DNA of 62,079 bases, filler included, from Circinaria calcarea (GCA_051942165.1; 25 parts of 25 records of this genome joined end to end with filler, not necessarily neighbours in it); one strand, 5' to 3'. Counted from the first letter of the whole stretch, positions 34,877-47,296 are shown. The notes: generated from the letters alone by a model not told the origin. Numbers and translations: made by a program.

Positions 34877-35183
34877 AAATCCATCGCTCGCGTCCTCACA
34901 GTTATCAATGCCAACCAACGCACACAACTCCGTCTCTACTACAAGGGCAAGAGATATCTACCCCTCGATCTTCGCCCGAAGCAAACTCGCGCGATAAGGA
35001 GGAGGTTGACAAAGGAAGAGGCTAGTATTGTGACGGAAAAGCAGAAGAAGAAGCGAATGCATTTCCCCGCTAGGAAATATGCTGTCAAGGTAAATCTTCT
35101 TGTTGGAGAAGGACCTGGATTAATTCGAGAGGGAAATGTTAGCGAAAACAATTGCTGATTTGTGGTTACAGGCTGAGGCTTAG
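34877..35183 (+). CDS. RPL35: 60S ribosomal protein L35 (uL29), C-terminal part
   Basis: [74 protein letters not shown]; intron 35090-35171. Confidence 0.97.
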
Positions 35184-36546
35184 AGGAGAGGACACTCGGG
35201 AAGATGAGCTATTCATGGCGATTGTTTCTGACTGGGAGCATGATATGCATACTAGGATCTGCTACTAGCGATCAGTCTGAAGATGATATTCTCCAACCAA
35301 ACCTTAAGAGTTTCCTTTCTGTCATAAGATCCCAATACGTTGGTCTAGACGTGGTGGTACGGACTCTCATATTATACGAAAATACCCTCACAAGCGACAA
35401 CAATACCAGGAGTACTTCAACCATGGAAGAGAAGGAATCAATACCCACGAACAACTGCTACAGCAATATGACCATCCCCCCCGGGGAAACGTCCAATGAT
35501 CACGTCTCACCCCCCAACCGCATCCGGCTCGAATGAATCTTCTCCTCCACCTTCCTCTAATCCAAATATATCTAGATTACCCCCCTCTCCCCCTCTCCCC
35601 AACCAAACCTCGTCCTTGTAGATCACATGACATCGAGCCACCGTATCACATCACTAAATCCCTGGAACTGACGTTGACTAGGAGGAAGGGAGGGGAGGAG
35701 AGGTAACCGAGTCCAACTCTTTGCCAGAGAGCCCTCCCTACGGGGCCTATCTTATCCATTAAACCAGCAAAGACCCCACGCCTGCCCCTTTTCTTATTTT
35801 CCCCAGCGCTTTTTGCCCCGTCGCATAACGCACTCCCATTTCGTACACTACTACAGCTTTAATTATAGTATCATATTACTCCACGGCGGCTAGGAAATTC
35901 CAAAGGGGGACCCTTAATTGCTCCTCGAAAAGCGTATGTATTTGTTTTCAGTCACGGACACAGACACAGTCACAGCTTCTCCATTTTCGTCTGGTTCTCC
36001 CCAAAGTGAAAGATCCCTGATGGTGTTGCAGGGGGGGTTATTTTGGATTTTTTTTTTGGCACAGGAAGAAGGTTGCAGGGACTTGGGGCATATTGTGGAT
36101 GTTTGGGCTATGCGATTGAATGAATGGATTTGAAGTGGTGGGTGATTGATAAATGATCAGGGGAGTGGAGTGGGATGGGTGAGTGGTAGGGGCGATAGGT
36201 ATTGAAACTGTTGAAGGTTTTTTGGGTTTGTGCCTTTGCTGCTTTATTGCTTTGTGATGTGTAGGAGGGGAGTGGTGGAGCTGGTTGGTAAGATTACTGT
36301 AGGGTTTAGGAAATCGGGAAGAGATGGGTTTGGTTGATTTGGCAGGGGTTGAATAGCAGCGAAGAAAGGGGAAAGTGTTTAGCGTTCAAGTGGTATATGT
36401 GCTCTGTAAATCAGATGGAGGAAATGACGAATATTTTACATGTGTAGCACGATGATACCAGGCTCGGTGACTCTATGCAGGTCGGCTTCAAGTCCATTCC
36501 CGGTACCGAATCATTTCACGTGCAAGGCCGGTCTATGCGTTTCCTC

Positions 36547-37260
36547 CTACAGAGCAATTGCCAAACCCAGTATCCCTGCCACACCCACCATACCCGCAGC
36601 AATGGCTCCTGTTGGATGAGCAGCTCCACCTGTAGAGGTCGACGAAGCTGCAGCTAAAGACGCAGATGCCGCGGATGCACCAGCAGCGCCCGATGTACCC
36701 GACGTTGTCATCGAGCTGGAGGATGATCCACCAGTGCTTGCGGCGGCAGAGCTTGATGTTCCCGTCCTGGTTGCCGATGCCCCGGTGAGACTGAGCGAAT
36801 CAATCTCTCCAGCAGCCGTTGCTAGCCCCGCAAAGCCAGAGTACGTATGAAGATAGGACCTTACGTCCGTTGGCAAAGAGTTAAACCAGGTCGGGGAGGA
36901 TCCCGCGGCGAAGGCAGACTCGAACGAGCGGGCGAAGGCGGGATCGTTGACGATTTGGCTGATGAAGCCGGAAGGTGCGGCGGTCTTGAGGACGGAGAGG
37001 ACTGGAGCAGTGGGAAGAGCGCTGGCAAGTTGGTTTGCGATGGGACCGAGACTGAGGAGGACTGCGGGGTCGGTAGGGAGGGCGGTTATTCCGGCGAGGG
37101 AGGCTCTGGGAGTCGGGTCAGAAGTAGAATGTATGTTCTGGGTAGTGAGACTGACAAGTCTAATAGATCCGAGACACTGCCTTGTCTTTTCTCCACCGGT
37201 TCAGGCGCCGCGATTGCCCTGATCGCAAACGCGAAGAGGAGGGCGGCTGATGAGAGATGC
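36547..37260 (-). CDS. Secreted, probably GPI-anchored Ser/Thr/Ala-rich cell-wall protein (start codon cut off by contig end)
   Basis: Signal-like HLSSAALLFAFAIRAIA, Kex2-type EKRQ, PTWFNSLPTDVRSYL motif, S/T/A tract, hydrophobic tail GAIAAGMVGVAGILGLAIAL. Confidence 0.8.
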
Positions 37261-37360
37261 NNNNNNNNNNNNNNNNNNNNNNNNNNNNNNNNNNNNNNNN
37301 NNNNTTAATTAATTAANNNNNNNNNNNNNNNNNNNNNNNNNNNNNNNNNNNNNNNNNNNN

Positions 37361-39099
37361 TCCCACTTGCAATTTCACAGGCTGCAGCTTATATTAGCAC
37401 ACGAAAGACGAGGATGACAATCGCGAAATATTTAGCATATGCTCGACAGGACGAAGAAATACTATTGAAGGATACGGGGGATCTTCGAAGGGATCCTGGT
37501 ATGCCGAATTCGGTCCTCGTAACTTGGCAAATCTCCTTTGACCAGATCAAAAAACAATCTCCTCCGGCAGCCGAGCTTCTATCGCTCATGAGTGTTCTCG
37601 ATCGGCAAGGAATTCCGGAGTTCCTTCTTTGCAAAGATGACAACCGTTTGGTTTTTGAAGATGCGTTAGCGCCCTTGAATGACTTCGCTTTGATTACTTC
37701 CGAAGCCGATGGCGAATGCTTTGGAATGCATCGGCTTGTGCAGCTTGCGACAAGAGCGTGGTTACGTGTGCATGGTGAGATAGAGAAATGGGAAAAGGAG
37801 GCCGTGGCATTGCTATCGGACTCCTTTCCAATCGGTGACTATGAGGACTGGAAGATATGTGTGGCACTACTGCCGCATGCAGAAGTAGTCCTAAAATATC
37901 AGTATCCCGAGCAGCAGCATTCCTATCGACATACCAAAGTTCTCTATTGCACAGCACATTATCTATGGGATCAAGGAAAGTATGATCTGGCCTTAGGTCG
38001 AAGCCAAGAAGCGCTAAGTAATTCCCGTCAAATGCCAAACGAGGAAAACTTGCACTGCCTTGAACTCACGGCGATGATACTAAACAGCCAAGGGAAGTAC
38101 GAGGAGGCTGAGGAGATATGTCGGCGAATACTGATATTAAAGCAAAAAGAGCTAGGAACAGAGCATCCCGCTATATTGGTGAGCATAAATAACCTGGCGT
38201 CAGTATTAAATAACCAGGGGAAATATGAAGAGGCCGAGGCAATGAATAAGCGGACGCTGGCGTTAAGAATAAAAATATTAGGGACGGAGCATCCTGATAC
38301 GCTGGCGACCATGAATAACGTGGCGTTAGTATTAGATCACCAGGGGAAATATGAGGAGGCCGAGGCAATGAATAAACAAATACTGACGTTAAAAGAAAAA
38401 ATATTAGGGACGGAGCATCCTGATACGCTGGCGACCATGAATAACCTGGCGTCAGTATTATATTTCCAGGGGAAATATGAAGAGGCCGAGGCAATGAATA
38501 AGCAAACGCTGGCGTTAAAAGAAAAAATATTAGGGACGGAGCATCCTGATACGCTAACGACCATGAATAACCTCGCGTCGGTATTAGATAACCAGGGGAA
38601 ATATGAGGAGGCCGAGGCAATGAATAAGCGGACGCTGGCGTTAAGAATAAAAATATTAGGGACGGAGCATCCTGATACACTGGTGAATATAAATAACCTA
38701 GCGTCGGTATTAAAAAACCAGGGGAAATTTGAGGAGGCCGAAGCAATAAATAAACAAACGCTGGCGTTAAACGAAAAGATATTAGGGATGGAGCATCCTA
38801 TTACGCTGGTGAGCATGAATAACCGAGCGTTAATATTAGATAACCAGGGGAAATATGAGGAGGCCGAGGCGATGTGCCGGCGGACATTAGCATTGAGGGA
38901 AAAGGTACTGGGGACGAAACATCCGGACACATTAGCGAGTGTCTGGTCCCTTGCCCATCTGCTCCGGAGCCAGAAGCGGTATCAAGATGCATCCGTTTGT
39001 TACGAAAGAGCAGCTACAGGCTACCAAGAGGTATTAGGTTCAAGTCACCCATACACCCTGTCATGTTTAGAAGAGTACACGTCCTTCTTTTCAGAGTAG
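37361..39099 (+). CDS. Fungal NLR-like protein: end of NB-ARC/winged helix plus TPR repeats (5' end truncated)
   Basis: PLAISQAAAYI, VLVTWQISFDQI, GMHRLVQLATR, LLPHA, followed by seven 42-aa TPR units of the GxEHPDTL type. Confidence 0.92.
38155..39036 (+). repeat. Tandem 126-nt coding repeats (TPR units) with high internal identity
   Basis: Units start at 38155, 38281, 38407, 38533, 38659, 38785 and 38911. Confidence 0.95.
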
Positions 39100-39223
39100 A
39101 TGAAGCAGCAGGGCTTTGTTGAGGAAAGGTAAAGCAATTTTTCACCTATCCATTCTAATTGGAATGTGTCAGTATGCCCTGCTAACAGTGCATTAGTGCT
39201 CGTATTGATATGCTGTTGGCGCA

Positions 39224-39745
39224 TTGACGGGTCCCAAGGTCCAGAGGCAAATCTTGCTACAAGGCGGAGACGTTGAAAGCAAAGCCGTCTCTACTTCTTC
39301 CGAAGCCAAAGCCACCATCCTAGCTGATTGGAACGACGCAAAGGATCCTGCGAATCCACGGAATTGGGGGGGGGCTCAAGCGAACCTTTGCAGTCTACAG
39401 TGGCTCCGCCATTTACATATCTAGCCAACCGTTCGTTGAAGCAACCCATGCTATTTCCGCTCAAAAGGCAGCTCTCCCCCTGTCACTCTACGTACTTGTA
39501 TGTAAGCATGTCCATCTGTGAAGTTTAGCAACCATTAATCATTCATTATAGACGGCATCGGCCCGCTTTTATTTGCACCGCTCAGCGAACTGCTATCTGT
39601 TGGTAGGAATTCAGTCTATGCTTTGACTTTTATACTCTCTGTCATTTTGTCCGTCCCGACAGTACTGGTAGTAACCTTTCGTGGTCTTCTCGCCCTTCGA
39701 TTCCTTCAGGGGTTCTTTGGAAGTCCATGTCTAGCTAATGGCGGC
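39224..39745 (+). pseudogene. Degraded MFS drug:H+ antiporter (DHA1, Flr1/Caf5-like) fragment
   Basis: ILADWNDAKDPANPRNW, then a broken segment at a G-run, then GIGPLLFAPLSEL..VGRNSVY...LLALRFLQGFFGSPCLANGG. Confidence 0.65.
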
Positions 39746-39845
39746 NNNNNNNNNNNNNNNNNNNNNNNNNNNNNNNNNNNNNNNNNNNNTTAATTAATTA
39801 ANNNNNNNNNNNNNNNNNNNNNNNNNNNNNNNNNNNNNNNNNNNN

Positions 39846-40346
39846 CCCCAAAACCAACAGAGTATGCCTCCCCCACCGCCACAACATCACCATCAGGCTT
39901 CCCCCGAAGTTGTCGCTCCTGTTAGCGGCGCAGTCGAGGAGTCCCCCCTCTATGTCAACGCGAAGCAATTTCATCGTATCCTCAAACGGCGCGTAGCTCG
40001 TCAACGTCTCGAAGAAGCGTTGCGTCTGACCAGTAAGGGACGAAGGCCGTACTTGCACGAGAGCAGACATAAGCATGCTATGCGACGGCCCCGTGGTCCT
40101 GGAGGCCGATTCTTAACCGCGGACGAGGTAGCGGCAATCGAAGGGGGGGAAGGCGGAGTGGGTGGTGAGGACAAAGAGAACGTCATGGGGGGCGGTGGTG
40201 GAAAGGGGATGAACAAGGGCGTGAAGAGGAAAAGCGAAGCCGCTGACCGTGACGGGAGTAGGAAGAAGAGAAGTAGTGAGAGTGAGGGTATTCCCAAAAG
40301 TGAAGAGGAAGACGATGATGACGGGGATGAAGATGATGATGGTTGA
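39846..40346 (+). CDS. HAP2: CCAAT-binding complex subunit HapB/Hap2 (NF-YA), C-terminal part
   Basis: ESPLYVNAKQFHRILKRRVARQRLEEALRLTSKGRRPYLHESRHKHAMRRPRGPGGRFLT. Confidence 0.97.
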   Translation, partial: PQNQQSMPPPPPQHHHQASPEVVAPVSGAVEESPLYVNAKQFHRILKRRVARQRLEEALRLTSKGRRPYLHESRHKHAMRRPRGPGGRFLTADEVAAIEGGEGGVGGEDKENVMGGGGGKGMNKGVKRKSEAADRDGSRKKRSSESEGIPKSEEEDDDDGDEDDDG

Positions 40347-41260
40347 CATCGAATCTATTCTTCTCTCCTACCCTTGAAGAAAATGTGGGGCCGAGAAAGT
40401 TGGGACGCTAAGACCGGACATGCATGTACTTGTGACGACTTTTACGACAGCGAGGGAACATTTTGATTTTTTGGCGGCAAAGAGCTTATCATTCCAAAGG
40501 ACGTGTTTGAAAGTGTAATTGGATTTGGCGAAATTTTGATGACGGAAGTGACAATTTTTCTCATGTCTGGTGGAAAGAGTAGCGTATTTATATACGTGGT
40601 GTGGGACGGAAATCTTTTAGGTTGGTGGGTAAGGATAGGGAAAGAGAAATACGCCGAGCAATCGCGAAAGAAAGAGGAGAATGTAGTGTTTTGTGCTTTC
40701 TTTTTCTTTTTCTTTTTCTGGACGCCCCCTTTTTATATACCACTCGTTCCTGCTTTCTTTTAGATAGGTAGCAGCCCCGTTTCCAAGGGACCGTAGGCAG
40801 GAAACCTCGGACCCCCGTTATCTAAGTGCGCCATCCAAACATTTTATTTTCCCTTTTCCTTTTCCCTTTCCCTTGCTCCCTTCTTGACGACCAAAAAAAA
40901 AACACCTTTTCGTACTGTTACTGTGATGATGACAATGAATAGTGAAAATATTAGGGATAACCGGGGTGTTTTTATATTATCCGAATCTATAATTAATTGA
41001 TTCGATCGGTATAAAAGTAAGCACCCAACTTTTACTACGTAACTACATACAAGTAGTAAGTTCTGTAGAATTTCTAGAATTTCTAGATACAGGAGGTAAA
41101 CATGCGCGTTTGCGTTTGCCACTCTCTCTCTTTCCGATTTCCGATCAACATCCCCCCCCCCACCCCAAAAAAACACCCTAACTAACTAATGTCAAATCAC
41201 TAGGTCAACAGTGGCATAAAATAGCGGATGGAATACTTCGGATGGAATGTGCATAAGCAG

Positions 41261-41292
41261 CTATGCTATGCTATGCTATGCTATGCTATGCT
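41261..41292. repeat. (CTATG)n microsatellite
   Basis: Visible pentamer run. Confidence 0.85.
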
Positions 41293-42329
41293 GTGTTCGC
41301 TGTGGTGTATAGGTTCTATAGTTCGAGGAGTGCGAAACCCATACGAGTGCCAGTAGTTTGAACCCCTACCATATGCGCTATGCCCAACTCGGCCCCTATA
41401 GTATACTGAGTTTATTTTTTACCTACATATTGAGCCGAGGCAAGGCCCGATCAAACAAACACACACACAGCACAAACGAATCCCAAACATATTTATACGA
41501 AGTACCACGGAGCCCCGAGGGCCCCCACCATTTGCCGGTTGTTGTTCGTCGTTTGTCGTTTATTATTCATCGTTTGTCGATTATAATACTCTATTACCAT
41601 ACAATAACGCGGAAGTCGGAAGGAAATTCCCATTTCCCATTTCCCATTCCCCGGAACCCGGAACCCGGAATGGGAATGGGACTTTTTTTTTCAAAGAAAA
41701 GAACAAAAAGTTCCATCATTTAGGCCATTTAGCAAAATCTTATAAAAAATTTATCATATACAGCACCCCCGGCACCGATACCCTAAACTCAATATCGTAC
41801 CATAAAGTCCAAGTGGCAGGCTTACCATAATCCATGCCCTGTATTGGTCAGAAAAAGCCCAGCTAGTGCAAACATAGCTCCCTCGGTTGTAGAATAGCAA
41901 TTAGGAAGTTTCGCTGGATTTTTGTCATGTTAAACTAATATAATGTAGGCTCGGAATAACTGCGTTCCAGCCAATCCATACCCTGCACTTGAAAGAGTCC
42001 TTGTCTAGCATAACATAGCTCCCGATGTTAATAACATCGGAGCTATGTTATATTAGTGGACCTATTCTGGCCAATACGAAGGGGCGGATTCCGCTTGAGC
42101 AGGGTATGCCTGCCAGCCGAGCCTTACTGTATTGGGCTAGAATATCGGTGCCGGCCTTCCGTACATAACAAACTTCTTACAAAAATCCAGCGAAACCTCC
42201 TAAGTCCCATCATTCATTTTGTTCCCAAANNNNNNNNNNNNNNNNNNNNNNNNNNNNNNNNNNNNNNNNNNNNTTAATTAATTAANNNNNNNNNNNNNNN
42301 NNNNNNNNNNNNNNNNNNNNNNNNNNNNN

Positions 42330-43506
42330 TTGCTTGGATAAGGTGAGCGATTTGTCCAAAGATCGGTCGGAGCGCAGCCAAATTGGGCGTCTAGTCTTAG
42401 AGCTTTACGAGCAGAAGAGATGAGGGCGGAGACGTTTCGACCGTGGGGTGTGGGGAATGTGGTCTCGTTGAGGCCGGTATGGTGATGGAAAGAAAATACG
42501 TTATTGTCAATGTAACGCCGACTAAAGGTGGGTGATGCTGCTGCCTTGAAGTTCTCCTCTTTCCCACCTGTCGATAGACCGGAAATAGACTGGAAGCCAA
42601 TTGTCTCCATGTAGCGCCCGCTTTCAATAGCATAGGCTTTGGAGTCGTATTTCTTATAATCACGTATGTGCGTATGACCACCAAAGAACTGTATTGGTGT
42701 ATCCCACTGTACCTCCCGTATGGCCCGGTATATATTCATATACTCTTCCGACCGAATAGCAACGTGACCTGCCACCAGAAACAGGTCAACCTCTCTATCA
42801 CGAATAGCATCTTGAAACCACTTTTCTTTGATAGTTTCCGCAACTGGCTGTACCACGGTATTGTTGTAGTTGCCAACAAAGTCGAAGAGGAACCCAAACG
42901 CAAGAATACGAATCCCCTGATTCTTCGTTGTGAACTTCTTGTACCGCTGCGCTAATGGCACTCTGTCCCCTGTCTCAGGATCAAAAATATCCAAGTTCGA
43001 GGCAAGATAGTTGCCTCTAAAACTCGGTACCATATGAAGGTATTCGTTATCTGATGAGTTTTTTAGATACAGCTCATGGTTGCCTGAGCATATAACATCA
43101 ATGGCCTGCTCTTTGAATATCTCCCTGGTATAAACGCCCTTTGGGTCTGACGCGTCATACAGTCCATTCCCTTCTATTCGGTCCCCCGTGTCTATGAGTA
43201 GTAGATCCACATCTTCCTCATCGGCCTTTTCTCGCATGCGCTGGGCGAAGGAGATATAATCCCCCCAGTCGGCGCTATATGAAGGCCTATGTCGCGTGTA
43301 AGCTTACGATTCATGAAGAATAGATAGACTACGTGCTCTTGAAGATGTCCTGCATGCCAGCCATGGGTATCTGTGGTTTGTAGAAAATTAAGTTGCCCCC
43401 ATGGGAGCTCTCGCAGCGGTGCAGAGACAGGTGAAGGCGCAGACGGTTGGGCGGCATTGACTATAGATATGATAGGTAGAAGCTGGGACAGATATCGAAT
43501 GATCAT
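42330..43506 (-). CDS. Secreted/vacuolar calcineurin-like metallophosphoesterase (5'-nucleotidase-like, yeast YHR202W family), 3' end truncated
   Basis: Signal peptide, LPWGQLNFLQTTDTHGW, DTGDRIEGNGLYD, GNHELY, VAGH, FFGGHTHIRD, ESGRYMETIG. Confidence 0.9.
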
Positions 43507-43609
43507 CTTGACGGCAAAAGCAGAGTCCATCTGCTTGAATCGTAAAGAAACCGTAGAGGGAAGGCTGTCCGCGTGGAATGAAGCTCTTGTCAAGCTCAAA
43601 GCTGAGGGA

Positions 43610-43617
43610 TGACGTCA
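43610..43617. promoter_or_regulatory. ATF/CREB (CRE) palindrome TGACGTCA in a 178-bp divergent promoter
   Basis: Exact TGACGTCA between head-to-head ATGs at 43506 (-) and 43685 (+). Confidence 0.45.
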
Positions 43618-43684
43618 CAGCTGCCTTCGGCGAACGCTTTACTATGCGCGTTCTGTTGACCCAACTCTTTATGTGAAAATACAC

Positions 43685-44713
43685 ATGTCCATGTTACGGC
43701 AAGTCGAAAAATGTCTTGCCAATCAAGAAAGCTTCAAGGCTTTCAATGCCTTTATTAGTTTGAGTAAAGATAGTAATGCGCTTAAGGCCATTGCTCGAAG
43801 CGCGGATGACCGCAAGTCTCGTGGTGGGTTTTGGACGCCATGCACATGATGAATATACTTTGACACGTCTTAGGTCAATCAAAGTCAAGTATTGATGGAC
43901 AATTGATTGCAATAAAAGACAACATTTGTACCGTAGACCAGCCAACGACATGTGCCTCCAAGATTCTCAACGGCTTCGTCAGCCCCTATTCGGCCACAGT
44001 GGTCGAGAAGCTGCAAGCTGCTGGAGCGATCATTGCTGGAAAGACAAATCTTGATGAATTTGGGATGGGGTACTTGGACTTCAGCGTACCACTTTGATAC
44101 TAGGAATTTACTGAATCTTTGCTTGCTGTAGCTCTCATTCTACTTTTTCTTACTACAGACCAGTGCATAGTACAAATGGTGATCATGTTGATCCATTATC
44201 TGCTGGCGGAAGCTCCGGTGGTAGTGCTGTGGCTGTGGCAAGCGGACAGTGTTTTGCGTAAGTTCATTTAGAGCTACAGCATCAGGATACACGCTGACAT
44301 CCATTAGGGCGCTCGGAACAGATTCTGGTGGATCCGTAAGGCTTCCTGCGGCTTATACCGGCACTATTGGATTTAAACCGTCTTACGGGTTAGTATCTCG
44401 ACATGGCGTTGTAGCCTATGCGAACTCTTTGGATACAGTAGGCATTATCGCGCCGAAGAGCAGTATTGCAAAGCAAGTGTTTGGTAAGGAGAACTACATT
44501 CCGAGAACGCTTTCAGGCAGGACTAATACACTGCTAGACGTAATAAAGGGTCATGACCACCGTGACCCTACTAGCTTGCCTTTGAGTACGCGCGCTCGTA
44601 TTGAAGAGCAACGCAATTCCGAGGACGTGAAAACAGTGCTACGGATTGGCGTACCAATCGAGTACAACACCATGGAACTCGACCTCGACATTCGTAGAGC
44701 ATGGCTTTATACT
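43685..44713 (+). CDS. HER2: Mitochondrial glutamyl-tRNA(Gln) amidotransferase subunit A, 3' end truncated
   Basis: [75 protein letters not shown] (amidase signature). Confidence 0.92.
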
Positions 44714-45971
44714 NNNNNNNNNNNNNNNNNNNNNNNNNNNNNNNNNNNNNNNNNNNNTTAATTAATTAANNNNNNNNNNNNNNNNNNNNNNNNNNNNNNN
44801 NNNNNNNNNNNNNTCGGCGACTCGAGTGGTCCCTGAATCATAATAGTAGACGTGAGCGATAATGCAATTCTCTGCAGGCCGCCGCGGAGGAGGGTAGTGG
44901 CTCGCTCAGGGATCCATGGCGCTGAAATGGGGATGCAAATGACGGGCTTCGGGGGACAAATGTAACCAACCTTATTCCGGTTACTCCAATGAAATGGCGG
45001 GGAACGGGGAACCTTTCAGTCTGAACTCGAATTGTCTACCTACAGTAATAAATAACACGACGTTATCAAATTGATATTGTTCAGAAGATACGATGCAAAG
45101 AGCGTTCAAGGGGTACTACTCGATCTCCACCGAAAAGCCTTGGCCCTTCGATGACGCTTCCTATAAACATCAGATCTTGCTATAGCCGGCGAGCCTTGCG
45201 ATCGGCTCTTGGGCCTTTGCTCTTATGGTAGGACTGCTAAGGAGATTATTGCATAATCATCACCAAAGACAAGACTATCCATCCACTTTCGCAATCGACA
45301 AGTACATAACAGTCCCAACGTCTTACGAATGGCTCTAGGGCTTTATGGACGAGTTTAACGTCTCAAAAATGGGGAGAAAAACGCGGAGAAGAAGACGGAC
45401 GATTACCTTAAGGTATGACGAGATTCGATGTGGTTTGACAGCTCCCTAATACGGCACCAGCCAGAGAGATGGGACCAATCAGTATCCAGATTCGCAATCA
45501 CCGTACCTAATTGGCTTTCGTAATAAGTGCGCTGTCAGCCGCACACCTTAAATATTCTACTGTATTCGCATCCAAATCCCGACTGGATCGCCGAGGATTT
45601 TGTACATGGTACTAAACCAGGAGACCAACAGCCCCCCCTTAAAACGAAAGTCGCATAAGACGGTGATCCCTAGCGGCTCTGATCCCAGCTGTTTAAGATT
45701 TTACCCCAAGAATCCCAAGCCCGGAAATGGAGCCCATGTGGCGATCATGTCCCATATGAGCGGAAGTGGGGGACAATCCCTGTCAGTGTCAGCAGCCGAA
45801 GATCCTTTCGATTAAATTTCCCAACCGGACGGAACGAGCTGAGGGGAGATTTATTCCAGTCAATTACAAAGAACTTCCGTCTCTGGGGGTCAGATTGAGG
45901 TACACTATCCAATCGATTGTGCCACCATCATCAACAAAACGACCGATTCTGAACACGAGAAACCGAGAAAC

Positions 45972-46970
45972 ATGTTCACCACTCGCAGACTAGCAAGCGC
46001 AAGAGCGATCCCCCGGCTCGCGGGGACGACGTGTGGCTTTCCCCGGGCAAGCTTCCATACCTCCCCATTTTCCCTCGTCCAAGTCGGCGACCGGATCCCC
46101 GATCTCGACGTTTTGACAGAAAACTCCCCCGGGAACAAGGTCAATCTCGCCAAGGAACTCGCAATAGGCAAAGGCTTGATTATTGGTGTCCCGGCCGCTT
46201 TCAGTACGTGCCAACTCCTTCATTGCGTTGTATTATTCCGTTCGGGACTCTTTCCAGTCATCATCACCTCTTCACAATTGAATCATCATAAAACCCTCAG
46301 TTCTCCCTGCTTCCCAACCAACCCTCCCATCCACCCAATCCAGCCTAGCGCTAGGGCTTTCCCTCTCCACATCCCTCTTCTTCCCCACACTTTGAATCTT
46401 CTCCAACCCAATTCACCCACCACCCAGGCCCCTCCTGCTCCAACTCCCACATCCCCGGCTACATCTCCTCCGCCCACCTCTCTTCCGCCGGTCGCGTCTT
46501 CGTCGTCGCCGTCAACGATCCCTTCGTCATGAAAGCCTGGCGGGAATCCCTCGATTCGGCTTCCGAATCCAACGTATGTTTTCCCCCTTCTCCCCCTCCC
46601 ATTCGTTCCTTCGGGGATGTCGCTCACAACTAGACCCTGCCCCCAAAGATCCGCTTCCTCGCCGACCCCTCGGCCGCCTTCACATCCGCTCTCGACCTGA
46701 CCTTCGATGGCGCGGCCATCTTCGGTGGGGATCGGAGTAAGCGCTATGCGCTGAAGACCGAGGACGGAGTGGTCCGGGCCATGTTTGTCGAGCCGGACAA
46801 GACGGGCGTGGACGGTATGCGTTTCTCTCCTCCTTCTTCTTCTTCTTTTTTCGCGGTGCGAGTTGGGGTGTTGGGTGTGGGAAGGTGTGGGATTTTGTGA
46901 GAAGAAAAAATGGGGCTGACTGGGGTGCGGTATTGTAGTCTCGAGGGCGGAAAAGGTGCTGGGGAAATAG
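45972..46970 (+). CDS. Peroxiredoxin, Prx5/Ahp1 (redoxin) type, with mitochondrial presequence; 4 exons
   Basis: VGDRIP...ENSPGNKVNL...IIGVPAAFS|PSCSNSHIPGY...VNDPFVMKAW...|IRFLADP...RSKRYAL...VEPDKTGVD|VSRAEKVLGK*. Confidence 0.93.
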
Positions 46971-47296
46971 GAATAGGGAAGGTGGACGGAATGGAAAGAA
47001 GGGAGATGGGGATGGGGAAGGATGAGGGAAAGTGATTTAAACTAGTTTAACTAGTAGCCAAATGCTAGGGTGTCAAAGTGTATTAATTATTAGCAAAACT
47101 GCTAGGGTATCAAAGTATACGCTGCTCAAACGGTATAAAGTAAACCAAAGGCTCGAACGATAAATGCAAAGCACACCTCCTTTACCAGTCCCCTCCNNNN
47201 NNNNNNNNNNNNNNNNNNNNNNNNNNNNNNNNNNNNNNNNTTAATTAATTAANNNNNNNNNNNNNNNNNNNNNNNNNNNNNNNNNNNNNNNNNNNN

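Noticed and set aside
38028..38992. Repetitive antisense ORFs over the TPR region
   Set aside because: Shadows of the 126-nt coding repeats on the + strand.
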